Shown piece after piece: positions 7,675 through 17,954 of a stretch of 64,000 bases of DNA (its first letter is position 1; every line of letters starts with the position of its first letter). The notes beneath the pieces are model-generated. The model was not told the DNA's origin. It saw nothing but the letters and a program-made list of their open reading frames with translations, and did no database searches. Source of the DNA: a virus (taxonomy: Duplodnaviria; Caudoviricetes); the IMG/VR virus record IMGVR_UViG_3300014204_000154, positions 1 to 64,000 of that record. The stretch is one strand, 5' to 3'. Made by a program: the position numbers and the translations under genes.

Positions 7675-10600
7675 TTATCGAACCACAATCACATCTTCCA
7701 GCTTACGTCCATCGGGCCATGTATTATATTTATGATTTTTCATGATCTGAATCATCTGGTCCTGAATCTGTTTGCTGCTAACGACCCATTTATCAAAACT
7801 CGGATCGAAGATAGAAATAGCCTGTTTGAAATTCGTCTCATTGGCATTATCCGAAATACGAACCCAATCCGCAATTGTTGATTTCCGATTCAGAACCGAA
7901 GTTCCTGTTGTCCTCCCATATGGATCGCCAGCAAAGGAAAGCGCATCAGTTCTTAACAAAGCTTCAGGCTTCCAAGCCATTGACCAATCTCCCTTTTCAA
8001 CTTGGTAAATTGGTTTGATACGAGTGAAAAAATAATCAGCGCCGCCGCTATCTAAGTCGGTTTCTGGAGACCATCCTCCAATATCCATACCCTTCCGTAA
8101 ACGTTCTGTGTTGGAAATCATCTCCCCGCCATTATTTAAGACATCCTCCAACGTCTCGGCTGGACCTTTTTCAATGCTCTTTACAATACGATACTCTTTT
8201 TCAAAATCTTGCCATTCTTTCCCATTAATATCGATATCCGGCCGATAATAATTCAAGCGCCCTGATTGAAATGTCGATGCAACCCCATCTGGATTATAGT
8301 ATGGCGATTTTGTTATATCAAATCCAACCTTATCGGAAAGTTTATTCTGAAGAAATCTTACTGCTTCCGATTCTCCTGTTATGGCGTTTGCCTGAGATAA
8401 AATATCATGTCCAAAAGAATCATTTCGAGCATAAGCCACCTGCTTCAAATACATCAATTCCTGTTGAATCGGAGTGGTCTTCGCCATATTGATTCCTGTA
8501 TTATCAGAAAATAGCTTCAAAGCTTTCTCAATATCTTCCGGAGACGATCCATCAGCAATAATCTGAACCCGACCATTCATGGCCCATGAAGAATTATTGC
8601 TCCAATAACGGATCTTTACACCATTATATTCTCCTTCATAAAAGTTCCGAATCTTATCAACTCCCTGAGCTCGGTCAAGAGTTTTCTCTGTTTCTTTCGC
8701 AAACCCTTTCCCAATTTCTTTCGCATATAAATTGCCACCTTCTTTTTTTACCAACTTCAAAGATGCCTTTTTTGTCTCTTCTGTTTTCTTTTCCATCAAG
8801 GAAAATCTTTGGAAGGCATCATGGATATCAGTATCATGAGCAATTTTCAATATCTTTCCTTCACCTAATTCAACAGCATCATTCAAAATATTAATCCATG
8901 GTTTATAGTGATTTTCAAAAGCAACAATATCTGTAACCGAATAACGACCTGACTTTTTAATGGACGCCAATTCTTTCCGATACGCGCTCAATGCATTATT
9001 TGCTCTAACGATATCTTTATCCCCTCTTAACGCGGCTCCATTTCTGGACTGCATTGCAATGCCGCGTAAGGCTTCCAATATTGGATCATGGATTTTTGCA
9101 ATCTCATATTCTCCTTTGGAAGAAGCGCCACCCAAAATGGTTTTTATCTTACTTTCCGCTTCACCACGGATTTTGAAACTAATGCCGGCGACATCCTTTC
9201 CAGCCTTGTTCTTTTCGATCCAAATTTGAATCTGATGATCCTCGATATCCTCAACATCTCCTTTAATCGTATAACCATTAATCCGGGAATGCTGAATTGC
9301 TTTCATCTCTGCCTGAGTAATCGCTTTGCCCTCTTCTTGTGCCGGAGCGCTTTGCCCCACTTTAATATGAGGGAATTGTTGTTGAATATATTGCTTTCGC
9401 GCAATTAACGTGTCGGCCAATTCTTTCCGATCCATCGGAGAAGTTGGACCATACTCATTAACTAGATTTCTGATTTGATCATCGGTAATGGAAAGAACCT
9501 TTCTAGCTCCAGCATCCAACTCCACTTGAGTTATGTTCTTGAAGACAGCCGCCGCTCTTGAATTCTGCGACATACTCCTCATCGAATTCAATTCAGTAAC
9601 TTCATTGCCGAAGTCCAAACCTTTCGGCAACCCCTGCGCCCGAAAGCGAAGAGAACCCCCAACATCGATCCGAACCCCCCTGGAGCCATCCTTAATCAAA
9701 AGATTATCGAAATTCTGGCCAACAACATCCCAATCTCCTAACCACGCATCAACAACAAAATTGTCCTGGATGCCGGCTCTGAACGTTCCGTTCTTTAGGA
9801 CAGTCGCGCCACGGTCAACTCCATCCATAACCGTGGAAGCAACTCCTGTACGACCATTAACATCAATTAATTGAAGATCCGGAACCTCAACGCCGGCCGC
9901 TTGATATAACTTTCCAGCCAACACTTCGTTCCGCGCTACTTCTGTATTGTTAGGGATCTTGATATAATATCGTTCTGCAGGATTGTCGATAGAATGGTAA
10001 AAACCACCCTCATTTGATCCGCCCTGCTCTCCGTACTGGACCATGGAATTGAAATCGATTCCTGATGCCTTTTTGGTGGAAGAAACGGGAGAGACGATGC
10101 CCTTCTTGGCTTGTTTCTTTCCGATACTTTGCTGAAGCTTCGCCTTCTCCGCTTCGTTCAATAAATCATAAGCGGCCTGTTCTGCTGGAGCAACCTTTTT
10201 GCCATAAGCTATTTTGTTGGCATACTCATTGACGTAAAACTTTTTTGATGCCTCAAACTTGGCCTTTTGTTCCGGGATGGAAAGATCGTATGTCGTCTTG
10301 CCAAGCTTGATTTTGTTGGCAATAATTTCGTTGCCAACCTTATCTTCTAATTTGGTGAAAACATCATTATAAATTGTGGCCCAAGACTTTGACCCCTTGA
10401 TGCCATCCAAATATTCATGAAAAGAGTTTGTCAATTTATGCCCAATCTCATATGGGTTTTCCGAAATGACTTTCGGATCTATCTTTAAAGCATAAAAATC
10501 TTCCATATTATTGATAGAATCTATTGGAACCTTATCCGCCAAATCTTTAAGCGTTGTTATCCTGTATTGAGATTTGACGGTTGCCCCTTCCTTCTTCGCC

Positions 10601-13600
10601 GTCGCAAACAAATTTTCAAAAGCGTTCTGTATCGTATCCCCTAGCGCCGGAAACATCTCCTTCGCCGTGGGAGACAGCTTGTCATAGACCGCCGTATATT
10701 TCCCTTGAACATCCTTAAATGATTTATAACCAAGATCGTTCAACTCCTTCAGCAAGATCCGTTCTGGAGAAATTGATTGCAATCCAATTGATTGTTCCAT
10801 TAATTTCTTTTCCGTAGTTCCAAGAAGTTCTGATGGGATTTCTATTCCTTTATTCTTCCAAGAAACCATGTATTCTCTTTTAACAGACGAATCAAGAGAT
10901 TTCCAAATTGAAATAAATTCATCTTTAAAATTAGAATCGATATTTGCCCAAGAATACTTAGCCTCCATCATACCAGAACCCATAGAAAAAGAATTAAATT
11001 CAGATTTACTTAAATCCGTCAATAACTTCCCGTTTAATTCTCCATGTTCAACAACAACCTTTTTATACTTTCCAGAAGATATAATCTCGTTCATCGTTTC
11101 TAGCCATTGCTTCGGCTTATTTTCATAAAGATCCTTCCAATCAATCCCATTTGTTTTTCCCCAGACCAAAGCTTCTTGTCCTTCTTTAGATATGTCAATT
11201 TTTGCTATTTGAGAATAATAATCTTTTTTTAGCACTTCTGCTGTCTTTTCTATTTGTTCAATCTTTTTGAGAGAGTCTAATTTATCAAATTTAGGATAAT
11301 CTTTCTTGATCTTAACCAAAGCCTCCCCCTGTATAGACTCCTTTTCTATCGAATTAAGATATACATCCAATTTGGTATTATATTCATTCGCCTCTTTTAT
11401 AATTGCTTCCATTTTCTTACCAACATCCATACTTTCAGAAATAGCTCCCGATTTTTTCAAGTTTTCGCTGGCTAATTTGGCATTCGGATTTTTGGCAATT
11501 AATTCTTCTAACGATTGCTTCCAACTATTCTCGGCAATGGCAATTGATTGTTTAATTTCTGCATAATCCGATAGAACGTTTTTTGTTAACACTTTATTTT
11601 TGTAAACGCTTCCCGCAACTGTACTCGGTTCGGCTTTGGCCCAATTGTCAATAGCTGTTTGCGCCTTATATTTCGCATTTGTTTCGATAAAAGCCTGTTT
11701 TTGAGCTGAAGAAAGGCTTTCCCAATTATCCATTTTCTTCAAATCCGCAAAAGCAGATTCGTAAAGGGATGGGTATTTCATTGCAAGTTCATTTAATGAT
11801 TCTTCAGCCATCGCATCCTTGGTCAGAAGTTTAAGACCTTCCTTGATATCTCCCTTCCCTAGCTCCATTGCCTTCTGATATTTGACAATAAAATCTTCGG
11901 CGATCTTTTTATCAATAGCGACATTCAAAACATCCTTCAATTGATTAATCGGAACCAGTTGAACAGCTTCTGATTCCCATCCCATCATCGTTGGCGTCCC
12001 GCCCGTCTTAACCCCAATATAGTATCGAGTAACCGAAGTGGTTTTTTTATAGTCGCCCAATAGTGCCAATGGTTCTGCTTGAAGGCCAGTTTCCTCAAAG
12101 ACCTCCTTAATGGCCTGTTTCTGGAAGGAGGAAATGCCAGTTGGCATAGTTCCTTTTGGAAACGTGTTTTTATAGCCACCAAATTGATTCTTTGGCGAGC
12201 AAAGCCAAACCTTTCCCGTCTCCTCATCAATTACAATCATTCCAGCCGATTGTTTATAGCCTTGAAGGGATTGAAATGGCATGGCAAGATCGGTATTAAC
12301 ATCCATTTTCAACTTGCCATATTTTGCTGGAACGTCTTCGGCCAGATGAGTCTCCGCTCCTTCTACCGGCGTATAGATCCCAGCGGGAATCTTCTGACCT
12401 GCTTTGAATGTAACTATTTCTTCCGGATCTGCAATATTTTTGATCAGCTTCGCTTCTGCTCGGGCAATCTTCTGTGCCTCCACAGTCCTCTGCATTTCAG
12501 CCCAATATTGCTCCCATCCGCCCTTCTCCTTAACAAGAGCAGAAACAGATTTAAAAGGCAATGGCGATAATGAAACGTTGTTGAAAAATTGATCTGCGCT
12601 TCTTGCCTCTAGGGCATATTGTTTAACCTTGTTCTCAAGAACAACCGCCTTTTCCGCAAGGATATCCCCCATGCTGGCTTGCAATTCTTTTATGGTCAAC
12701 TCCCGCCCAGCATTATTGATAAGATCGGCCATGTCAAGTTTATTTTCTTTCCAAAGCTTCCATTTTCCTTGTCCCAAGATTTCCTTTTGGACATCTTCTG
12801 GTTCAAATTTTATCCAATCGTCATAGGTTTGAAGTCCGGAAACAGGGCCATTCATTGATGCCCTTTCTCCGATTGGAATATTGGCATCTAATTCCTTGAT
12901 CACCTTTTGCGGCAATGGAGATTTTGCTCCAACCAATTCTGCGTAACTCTTTGTAATTCCTACCAAACAACTTCTGCAACCCCAGTGAAATGGTGGTCCT
13001 CCCTGTATTGGATACGGAATTTTATGACCAATTGGTTGAAAATCAAGATCGTATCTTTTCCCATCCAAAGCGCTGCAAAGCAAAGTCGTTCTATCGTCTA
13101 ATGTAGCAACGATTTCATACCCATTCAAAACGTCGGAATTGGCCTTTAAAGTCTCGTGCCTAACTGCTCCAGCAACTTGCATAACTGACGTTCTTGTAAG
13201 CGCCGCCGCTTCCCGTTTGGTTACACTCATCACTCCCGGCGTCAACTTCGTTCCGCGGACACGACTGATTAACTGCCCAACAGATTCTCCCTGAACCATT
13301 CCGATCTGAAGCGCTTGGGTTCCAGCAGCCATTTGGGCGACCAATTTGGATTTTGCAGTATCTTTTTGCTTATCCCACCATGCTCCGATGATGTTGCCAT
13401 CAATCATCGTATTTTGAACAATGGCAGTAACGTTTTCAGGGGTCAAGGTTACTTGAAATAGATCGACACCTATGGCCTTATTTGTGGCAGAAACGACATT
13501 GGAAGCTTGTGTATGGCCTACCTGTAACAGTTCCCCCAACGAGGTCTTTTTGATGTCTTTAAACGAGGAATCCAGAATGGCAGAAATATCCTCATTAAGC

Positions 13601-13800
13601 TTCTCTAGCCGAGCAGCTTTCCATTTGGTCATTGTTGGCGCTGTCGGATCGTTTTTGGCAATCGCTGCAACAATCTCCGATTGAGCAGTATCAAGAAGTT
13701 CAACAACTTTCTTGGAAAGGTTGATAGAATACCGATTCAGATTGACCTGATCCTTAATCGCTGCTGATGCCAGCTTATTTGGAATGGTTTTGTCAGCCAT
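7675..13800 (-). CDS. MuF (SPP1 gp7-like) minor head protein extended with Nudix, HipA/PI3K-like kinase and unknown C-terminal domains
   Basis: MuF: IVATLDDRTTLLCSALDG..PPFHWGCRS. Nudix box PKG..QAIKEVFEETGL at about 12250-11960. Kinase-like RYYIK / ARNEVLA / DAWLGDWDVVGQNFDN / RIDVGGSL at about 10035-9560. Confidence 0.85.
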   Translation of the reverse strand: MADKTIPNKLASAAIKDQVNLNRYSINLSKKVVELLDTAQSEIVAAIAKNDPTAPTMTKWKAARLEKLNEDISAILDSSFKDIKKTSLGELLQVGHTQASNVVSATNKAIGVDLFQVTLTPENVTAIVQNTMIDGNIIGAWWDKQKDTAKSKLVAQMAAGTQALQIGMVQGESVGQLISRVRGTKLTPGVMSVTKREAAALTRTSVMQVAGAVRHETLKANSDVLNGYEIVATLDDRTTLLCSALDGKRYDLDFQPIGHKIPYPIQGGPPFHWGCRSCLVGITKSYAELVGAKSPLPQKVIKELDANIPIGERASMNGPVSGLQTYDDWIKFEPEDVQKEILGQGKWKLWKENKLDMADLINNAGRELTIKELQASMGDILAEKAVVLENKVKQYALEARSADQFFNNVSLSPLPFKSVSALVKEKGGWEQYWAEMQRTVEAQKIARAEAKLIKNIADPEEIVTFKAGQKIPAGIYTPVEGAETHLAEDVPAKYGKLKMDVNTDLAMPFQSLQGYKQSAGMIVIDEETGKVWLCSPKNQFGGYKNTFPKGTMPTGISSFQKQAIKEVFEETGLQAEPLALLGDYKKTTSVTRYYIGVKTGGTPTMMGWESEAVQLVPINQLKDVLNVAIDKKIAEDFIVKYQKAMELGKGDIKEGLKLLTKDAMAEESLNELAMKYPSLYESAFADLKKMDNWESLSSAQKQAFIETNAKYKAQTAIDNWAKAEPSTVAGSVYKNKVLTKNVLSDYAEIKQSIAIAENSWKQSLEELIAKNPNAKLASENLKKSGAISESMDVGKKMEAIIKEANEYNTKLDVYLNSIEKESIQGEALVKIKKDYPKFDKLDSLKKIEQIEKTAEVLKKDYYSQIAKIDISKEGQEALVWGKTNGIDWKDLYENKPKQWLETMNEIISSGKYKKVVVEHGELNGKLLTDLSKSEFNSFSMGSGMMEAKYSWANIDSNFKDEFISIWKSLDSSVKREYMVSWKNKGIEIPSELLGTTEKKLMEQSIGLQSISPERILLKELNDLGYKSFKDVQGKYTAVYDKLSPTAKEMFPALGDTIQNAFENLFATAKKEGATVKSQYRITTLKDLADKVPIDSINNMEDFYALKIDPKVISENPYEIGHKLTNSFHEYLDGIKGSKSWATIYNDVFTKLEDKVGNEIIANKIKLGKTTYDLSIPEQKAKFEASKKFYVNEYANKIAYGKKVAPAEQAAYDLLNEAEKAKLQQSIGKKQAKKGIVSPVSSTKKASGIDFNSMVQYGEQGGSNEGGFYHSIDNPAERYYIKIPNNTEVARNEVLAGKLYQAAGVEVPDLQLIDVNGRTGVASTVMDGVDRGATVLKNGTFRAGIQDNFVVDAWLGDWDVVGQNFDNLLIKDGSRGVRIDVGGSLRFRAQGLPKGLDFGNEVTELNSMRSMSQNSRAAAVFKNITQVELDAGARKVLSITDDQIRNLVNEYGPTSPMDRKELADTLIARKQYIQQQFPHIKVGQSAPAQEEGKAITQAEMKAIQHSRINGYTIKGDVEDIEDHQIQIWIEKNKAGKDVAGISFKIRGEAESKIKTILGGASSKGEYEIAKIHDPILEALRGIAMQSRNGAALRGDKDIVRANNALSAYRKELASIKKSGRYSVTDIVAFENHYKPWINILNDAVELGEGKILKIAHDTDIHDAFQRFSLMEKKTEETKKASLKLVKKEGGNLYAKEIGKGFAKETEKTLDRAQGVDKIRNFYEGEYNGVKIRYWSNNSSWAMNGRVQIIADGSSPEDIEKALKLFSDNTGINMAKTTPIQQELMYLKQVAYARNDSFGHDILSQANAITGESEAVRFLQNKLSDKVGFDITKSPYYNPDGVASTFQSGRLNYYRPDIDINGKEWQDFEKEYRIVKSIEKGPAETLEDVLNNGGEMISNTERLRKGMDIGGWSPETDLDSGGADYFFTRIKPIYQVEKGDWSMAWKPEALLRTDALSFAGDPYGRTTGTSVLNRKSTIADWVRISDNANETNFKQAISIFDPSFDKWVVSSKQIQDQMIQIMKNHKYNTWPDGRKLEDVIVVR

Positions 13801-13809
13801 CTTAGTCTC

Positions 13810-15303
13810 CTATTTGATCACGGTATTTTCTCCAGCACCTGGATTTTCTCCCGGATTCTCAAATTTAGCATTCTGCTTTCCCTCAGCTTCGATTCTGATC
13901 TTTTCCTCTTCAATCGTTCGACCTGGGGGAAGGATTTCACCAACCTGCAACTGATACAGAAACGTATCCAGAGACATGCCGCCAGCTTGCCAAGATTGAA
14001 GAAGCGCCGTGATTTCCTGAGCCGAAAGCTTCTGTGCCACAAACTCTTTATTCAAGGAAATCTTGGCACCACTTTCTTGTTGTCCCGTCCATCGGGCAGC
14101 AAAATCGAAAGCTTTCATAAATCCTTCTTGGACGCTGTTCACAATTGTGGAAAGAGTTGCCGAATCGCCACTGGTCTTTAATTTTACTGTCTCAAAAGCT
14201 TCGGCTGCTTTCTTCTGCTCCTCGATTAAAACCCTGGCACCCATAACGGCCATCTGGCTTTCCAAATCAGATATAGCCGTCTTAACAGCAGCCAACCCCT
14301 GCCCTGTAAATTCAAGAAAACCGCATTTGGCGCTTTCATTTTCTGTGACCCAAGCGCGATGAGCACCAATAAACAATTGGGCATTTTTATCAAACCCACA
14401 AGCATACGGCGTAGGGATGGCGCAATAATGAAGACCATGGTAATAGTCCACAGTCAATTGCCAATGCTTCACATTGAGATTTGCTAGATCCATCAATGGA
14501 GGGGAGCAAGGCATCGGAGTATTAGAGACAGCTCCCAGGAAAACGAATGGAATATAATCAATCCGTTTCCCCAAAATCTTTGGTTCAATTACTTCTCCCG
14601 ATTGCTGCCATGTCTCCTTTGTTCCCGCCTGAACCTTCCGATAGATCCGAACACGAAGGAGCCCATATGTCTCTTCCTTGGTTGTATCCAGATCCATCAC
14701 CCGGATCTGTTGTACAGATTTTGTTCCAAATTCATTCTCTGGATCTGTTTGTGAAACGACTTCCAAAAGGGAAATCATCGTCAATCGATTTCCAGACCAT
14801 CTAAAGTTGAGAATTGAGTCCGCTGTATATAGAGCAAAATATGGCAGTTTAGATTCCCCTTCTCGAATTTCCTCCTGTGGGGGAAGATCCACCAAAATGC
14901 CATGGTAAGCATATTCAATAACCTTCTGAATACATACCCTGACAACTTCATTAAAAGATTCGTGTTGGGGCGTGATGTCTGAAAGCATCGGTTCCAATTT
15001 TCCTTGAATCTTTACTTCAGGATCTTTCCGGATAATCGCCCCGACCAATCCTTGAACTGTCCGGGAAAAAACATTGTAAAATGTGCCCCGGTTTTTGTAT
15101 TCTTCATACTCAGCTGGAGTCTGTCCAGAAAGTTTGGGCAATAACGACTCGCCCAATTCTTTGATCTTGGCTTCTCCACCTGTTAAAGCAGTAATTTTAA
15201 GCCAATTCCCTTCCTGTGATTTATATCCAATCCCTTTCGTGTCCGGCCGGTTTTCCGTACCCTTTGAGCTTTTATTACCATCTACCAGAGCAGACTTCTT
15301 CAT
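13810..15303 (-). CDS. Portal protein (DUF4055-type)
   Basis: 497 aa; TFYNVFSRTVQGLVG.IIRKDP and PPLMDLANLNVKHWQ..DY..GLHY motifs; directly upstream of MuF. Confidence 0.85.
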   Translation of the reverse strand: MKKSALVDGNKSSKGTENRPDTKGIGYKSQEGNWLKITALTGGEAKIKELGESLLPKLSGQTPAEYEEYKNRGTFYNVFSRTVQGLVGAIIRKDPEVKIQGKLEPMLSDITPQHESFNEVVRVCIQKVIEYAYHGILVDLPPQEEIREGESKLPYFALYTADSILNFRWSGNRLTMISLLEVVSQTDPENEFGTKSVQQIRVMDLDTTKEETYGLLRVRIYRKVQAGTKETWQQSGEVIEPKILGKRIDYIPFVFLGAVSNTPMPCSPPLMDLANLNVKHWQLTVDYYHGLHYCAIPTPYACGFDKNAQLFIGAHRAWVTENESAKCGFLEFTGQGLAAVKTAISDLESQMAVMGARVLIEEQKKAAEAFETVKLKTSGDSATLSTIVNSVQEGFMKAFDFAARWTGQQESGAKISLNKEFVAQKLSAQEITALLQSWQAGGMSLDTFLYQLQVGEILPPGRTIEEEKIRIEAEGKQNAKFENPGENPGAGENTVIK

Positions 15304-15315
15304 TGTAAATCCTCC

Positions 15316-16314
15316 TTAGAAAATCCCCGGACTATTTTTGATAACTGCTATTTTTGTTTCTTCAATTCCCATTCCAGACAAACGACATCTAGCAGCGACT
15401 TCTGCCGCTTTTAGACTCAAAATGACCAACTCAAACAGAATCTTATATGAAAGATATTCTCCATTGACTGGAGAATGGCCAAGCATCGGAGGAACGTCAG
15501 GATATATGGAAAAACCATTTCTTTTTAATTCAACATAATCAAAATTTCCCCTCACATTAATGATCTTGAGGAATGGGTTTTCTCTTACAAGCTTGGCTAT
15601 ATTCCCAAAATCATATCTTTCATTGTTGACGAAATCAGCGAAAATAACAGCATCAATCGTCTTATAAGATCCATCCCAATCAGAAGTGTGGCCATTGATA
15701 CTCCATACAATATCGATTCCAAGATTGTTAAACACCTGGACCACATATCCACCAATTTGAGAATCTGTTATGATAAGGAATTTCTCATTCCATACAGCCA
15801 TTCCCGCTTCGAATAACAACTTCAAGATCTTAAAGCCTACAGATAAGAGAAGGCTGGATTCATCGGTACCAACATAAAGGATTTCTTTTTGACGACATGC
15901 CTCCAGATCAACGTCTTTCTCCCGATATTCGAATGGCATCATCATCATTGGGATAACAGCAGTGGGTTTCATTCGATTAATGAAATACGAATCGATTGGG
16001 CGAACCTTTCCTGAATTCATCACAATGTCCGCTTCTCCCGCTCTCGGAAAACGAGGCATGACCCAACAGATCTGATCTTCTTTTTTGCCAATCAATTCTT
16101 TTGCCAACTGACAATCGGCAGCATCGGAAGAGGATAACACTGGAGAATAGGCAAAAACCTTGTTCGCTCCTGCCCAAGCCGCAATTAATGGAACAAATAG
16201 ATATGGTCCATTTGCCCATTCCGTAAAAACGCTTAAACCGGCCAAATTCAGGCCGGTCTCAGCGATCCGTTTCTGCGCATACCTTTTCATCTCAAAAGGC
16301 GATATCTTATCCAT
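15316..16314 (-). CDS. Hypothetical protein of the sugar cluster (possible Rossmann-like fold)
   Basis: 332 aa, coupled to the deacetylase gene. V.TE.A.GPY and VRPID..DVDLEAC segments recall uncharacterised proteins of polysaccharide loci. Confidence 0.45.
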   Translation of the reverse strand: MDKISPFEMKRYAQKRIAETGLNLAGLSVFTEWANGPYLFVPLIAAWAGANKVFAYSPVLSSSDAADCQLAKELIGKKEDQICWVMPRFPRAGEADIVMNSGKVRPIDSYFINRMKPTAVIPMMMMPFEYREKDVDLEACRQKEILYVGTDESSLLLSVGFKILKLLFEAGMAVWNEKFLIITDSQIGGYVVQVFNNLGIDIVWSINGHTSDWDGSYKTIDAVIFADFVNNERYDFGNIAKLVRENPFLKIINVRGNFDYVELKRNGFSIYPDVPPMLGHSPVNGEYLSYKILFELVILSLKAAEVAARCRLSGMGIEETKIAVIKNSPGIF

Positions 16315-16993
16315 CTGGAACCTCCGTCAAGAATTTGAAGATGTCTTTTCTTTGTCTGGTTAAGATTTCCAACAATATTGATCCAACACCAAACTCAGAC
16401 ATATTTCCATTCCATCCCCACTTCTCGATACCAGAGATATTATCTGATTTTGCGTGTCGTTTAAAGATATTATAACGCGCCATCGTTAAAGAATTCAAAA
16501 AAATGTGGATTGGATGGAAACACATGATCTGGATTGGATTGTCTGCTCCAACATCACCTAACATCCAAGCATCGTCAGCCCAGGTATAGGGAATGCGCCA
16601 AATAGTCTTATCCCCATATTGCTTCCGATATGGTCTGGCATTCGGATGATAAACACTACTATCAACCAACAACCCCTTCATGGCAAATAGCTCCGCCAAT
16701 TCCGCGGACCAAATCATGCCGTGAGTCCTGACGCATTTGGCCATAGGGAAGATGGCCAATAGGTTATCCATAATGGCCAAATGATTCTTGCCTTGCGTGC
16801 TCCCCGCACGAAAATTGGGGTGAATTCCGACCTCGATTAAAGGGTGCTCCGATAAGCGCCGGAGCGCCGGAGAATCGTGAGTCATGAACCATGTCGATTT
16901 GGTTCCAAGCGTCTCCAGATATCCAAACGTTTTTTCAATAACCGGATCTTGTGCCCAATCGGTATCAAACGTAAGGATCGCGTTACTCAGCAT
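16307..16993 (-). CDS. Polysaccharide deacetylase-fold protein (WbmS-like)
   Basis: ILTFDTDWA, TWFMTH, EVGIHPNF and VRTHG motifs. Confidence 0.75.
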   Translation of the reverse strand: MLSNAILTFDTDWAQDPVIEKTFGYLETLGTKSTWFMTHDSPALRRLSEHPLIEVGIHPNFRAGSTQGKNHLAIMDNLLAIFPMAKCVRTHGMIWSAELAELFAMKGLLVDSSVYHPNARPYRKQYGDKTIWRIPYTWADDAWMLGDVGADNPIQIMCFHPIHIFLNSLTMARYNIFKRHAKSDNISGIEKWGWNGNMSEFGVGSILLEILTRQRKDIFKFLTEVPDG

Positions 16994-17952
16994 TCTGATC
17001 TTCCCTCTTTCTTCATCAATCTTCTTCTGTTGGAATCAATAACCATCTCTTTCTTAAAATCGAACAAGCCTTGTCTGTAATCGTATCGGGGTGACCATCC
17101 CAATTTGCAGACAGCCTTGTTGATGTTGAAAATACAATTCTTCTTCCGAACCTCTGGAAGATCCCTCCGATAGATAATTTGAGGAGTCTTGAGAGGATTC
17201 CCAAACACTTGAATGATCTCCTTCACTTCATCTTCAATCGTATAACCCATCCCGGAACCAATGTTGAATGTCCCGTGTTCCTTGGATTTAAGCGCCGCAA
17301 CGAAAGCTGAACAAACGTCTTTGATATATATCATGTCCCGCTTCGTTGATGGAGGATCGCCCCAAACCTCGATATCTTCTCCATCAATCGCTTTCCGAAT
17401 GAACTGATGAAAAGGCGAATTGTAATGGGTATCCCGCGATCCATACCCCCTGATATTGGAAAGGCGCAGCGAAATTCCCTGAACAACTCCTTCTCGATCA
17501 TATGCTTCCACCATCTTCATGGCCGCGATCTTAGAAGCGATAAACGGGATGGCGTTATGCGCCGGATCAAAGGAATTGGTCCCAAAGACGCAATAGTCCT
17601 CGTGTTCGCTTACGAGGGGGAACGGCGACTTGTTTTGATCCGAATGGGTCATGGCATAAACGATTTTCTTGATCCCGGATCTTCGGCACATCTCCAGAAC
17701 ATTGTATGCCCCGAAGGAATTGACCCGGAAATACTCCTGGGCATGGTGACCATCGATCATAAGCAACGCGGCCAGATGGACAACCGCATCAGGTTTGAAC
17801 TTTTTGTCTTGAAAAAAAGAATCAATGCTTGATGGATTTGTAACATCCAATTCTTCCCGACCTGGAGTCATTACTGTCCAACCTTCTGCCGTAATGGCCC
17901 GGACAAGATATCTGGCAATGAATCCATGTCCACCTGTAATCAAAACTTTCAC
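16987..17952 (-). CDS. NAD-dependent nucleotide-sugar epimerase/dehydratase (extended SDR, atypical FxxxK)
   Basis: TGGHGFIA, VHLAA, FIASK, LRLSNIRG and RDMIYIKD. Start moved to GTG 17952 (SD GGAGG). Confidence 0.85.
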   Translation of the reverse strand: MKVLITGGHGFIARYLVRAITAEGWTVMTPGREELDVTNPSSIDSFFQDKKFKPDAVVHLAALLMIDGHHAQEYFRVNSFGAYNVLEMCRRSGIKKIVYAMTHSDQNKSPFPLVSEHEDYCVFGTNSFDPAHNAIPFIASKIAAMKMVEAYDREGVVQGISLRLSNIRGYGSRDTHYNSPFHQFIRKAIDGEDIEVWGDPPSTKRDMIYIKDVCSAFVAALKSKEHGTFNIGSGMGYTIEDEVKEIIQVFGNPLKTPQIIYRRDLPEVRKKNCIFNINKAVCKLGWSPRYDYRQGLFDFKKEMVIDSNRRRLMKKEGRSEC

Positions 17953-17954
17953 TT

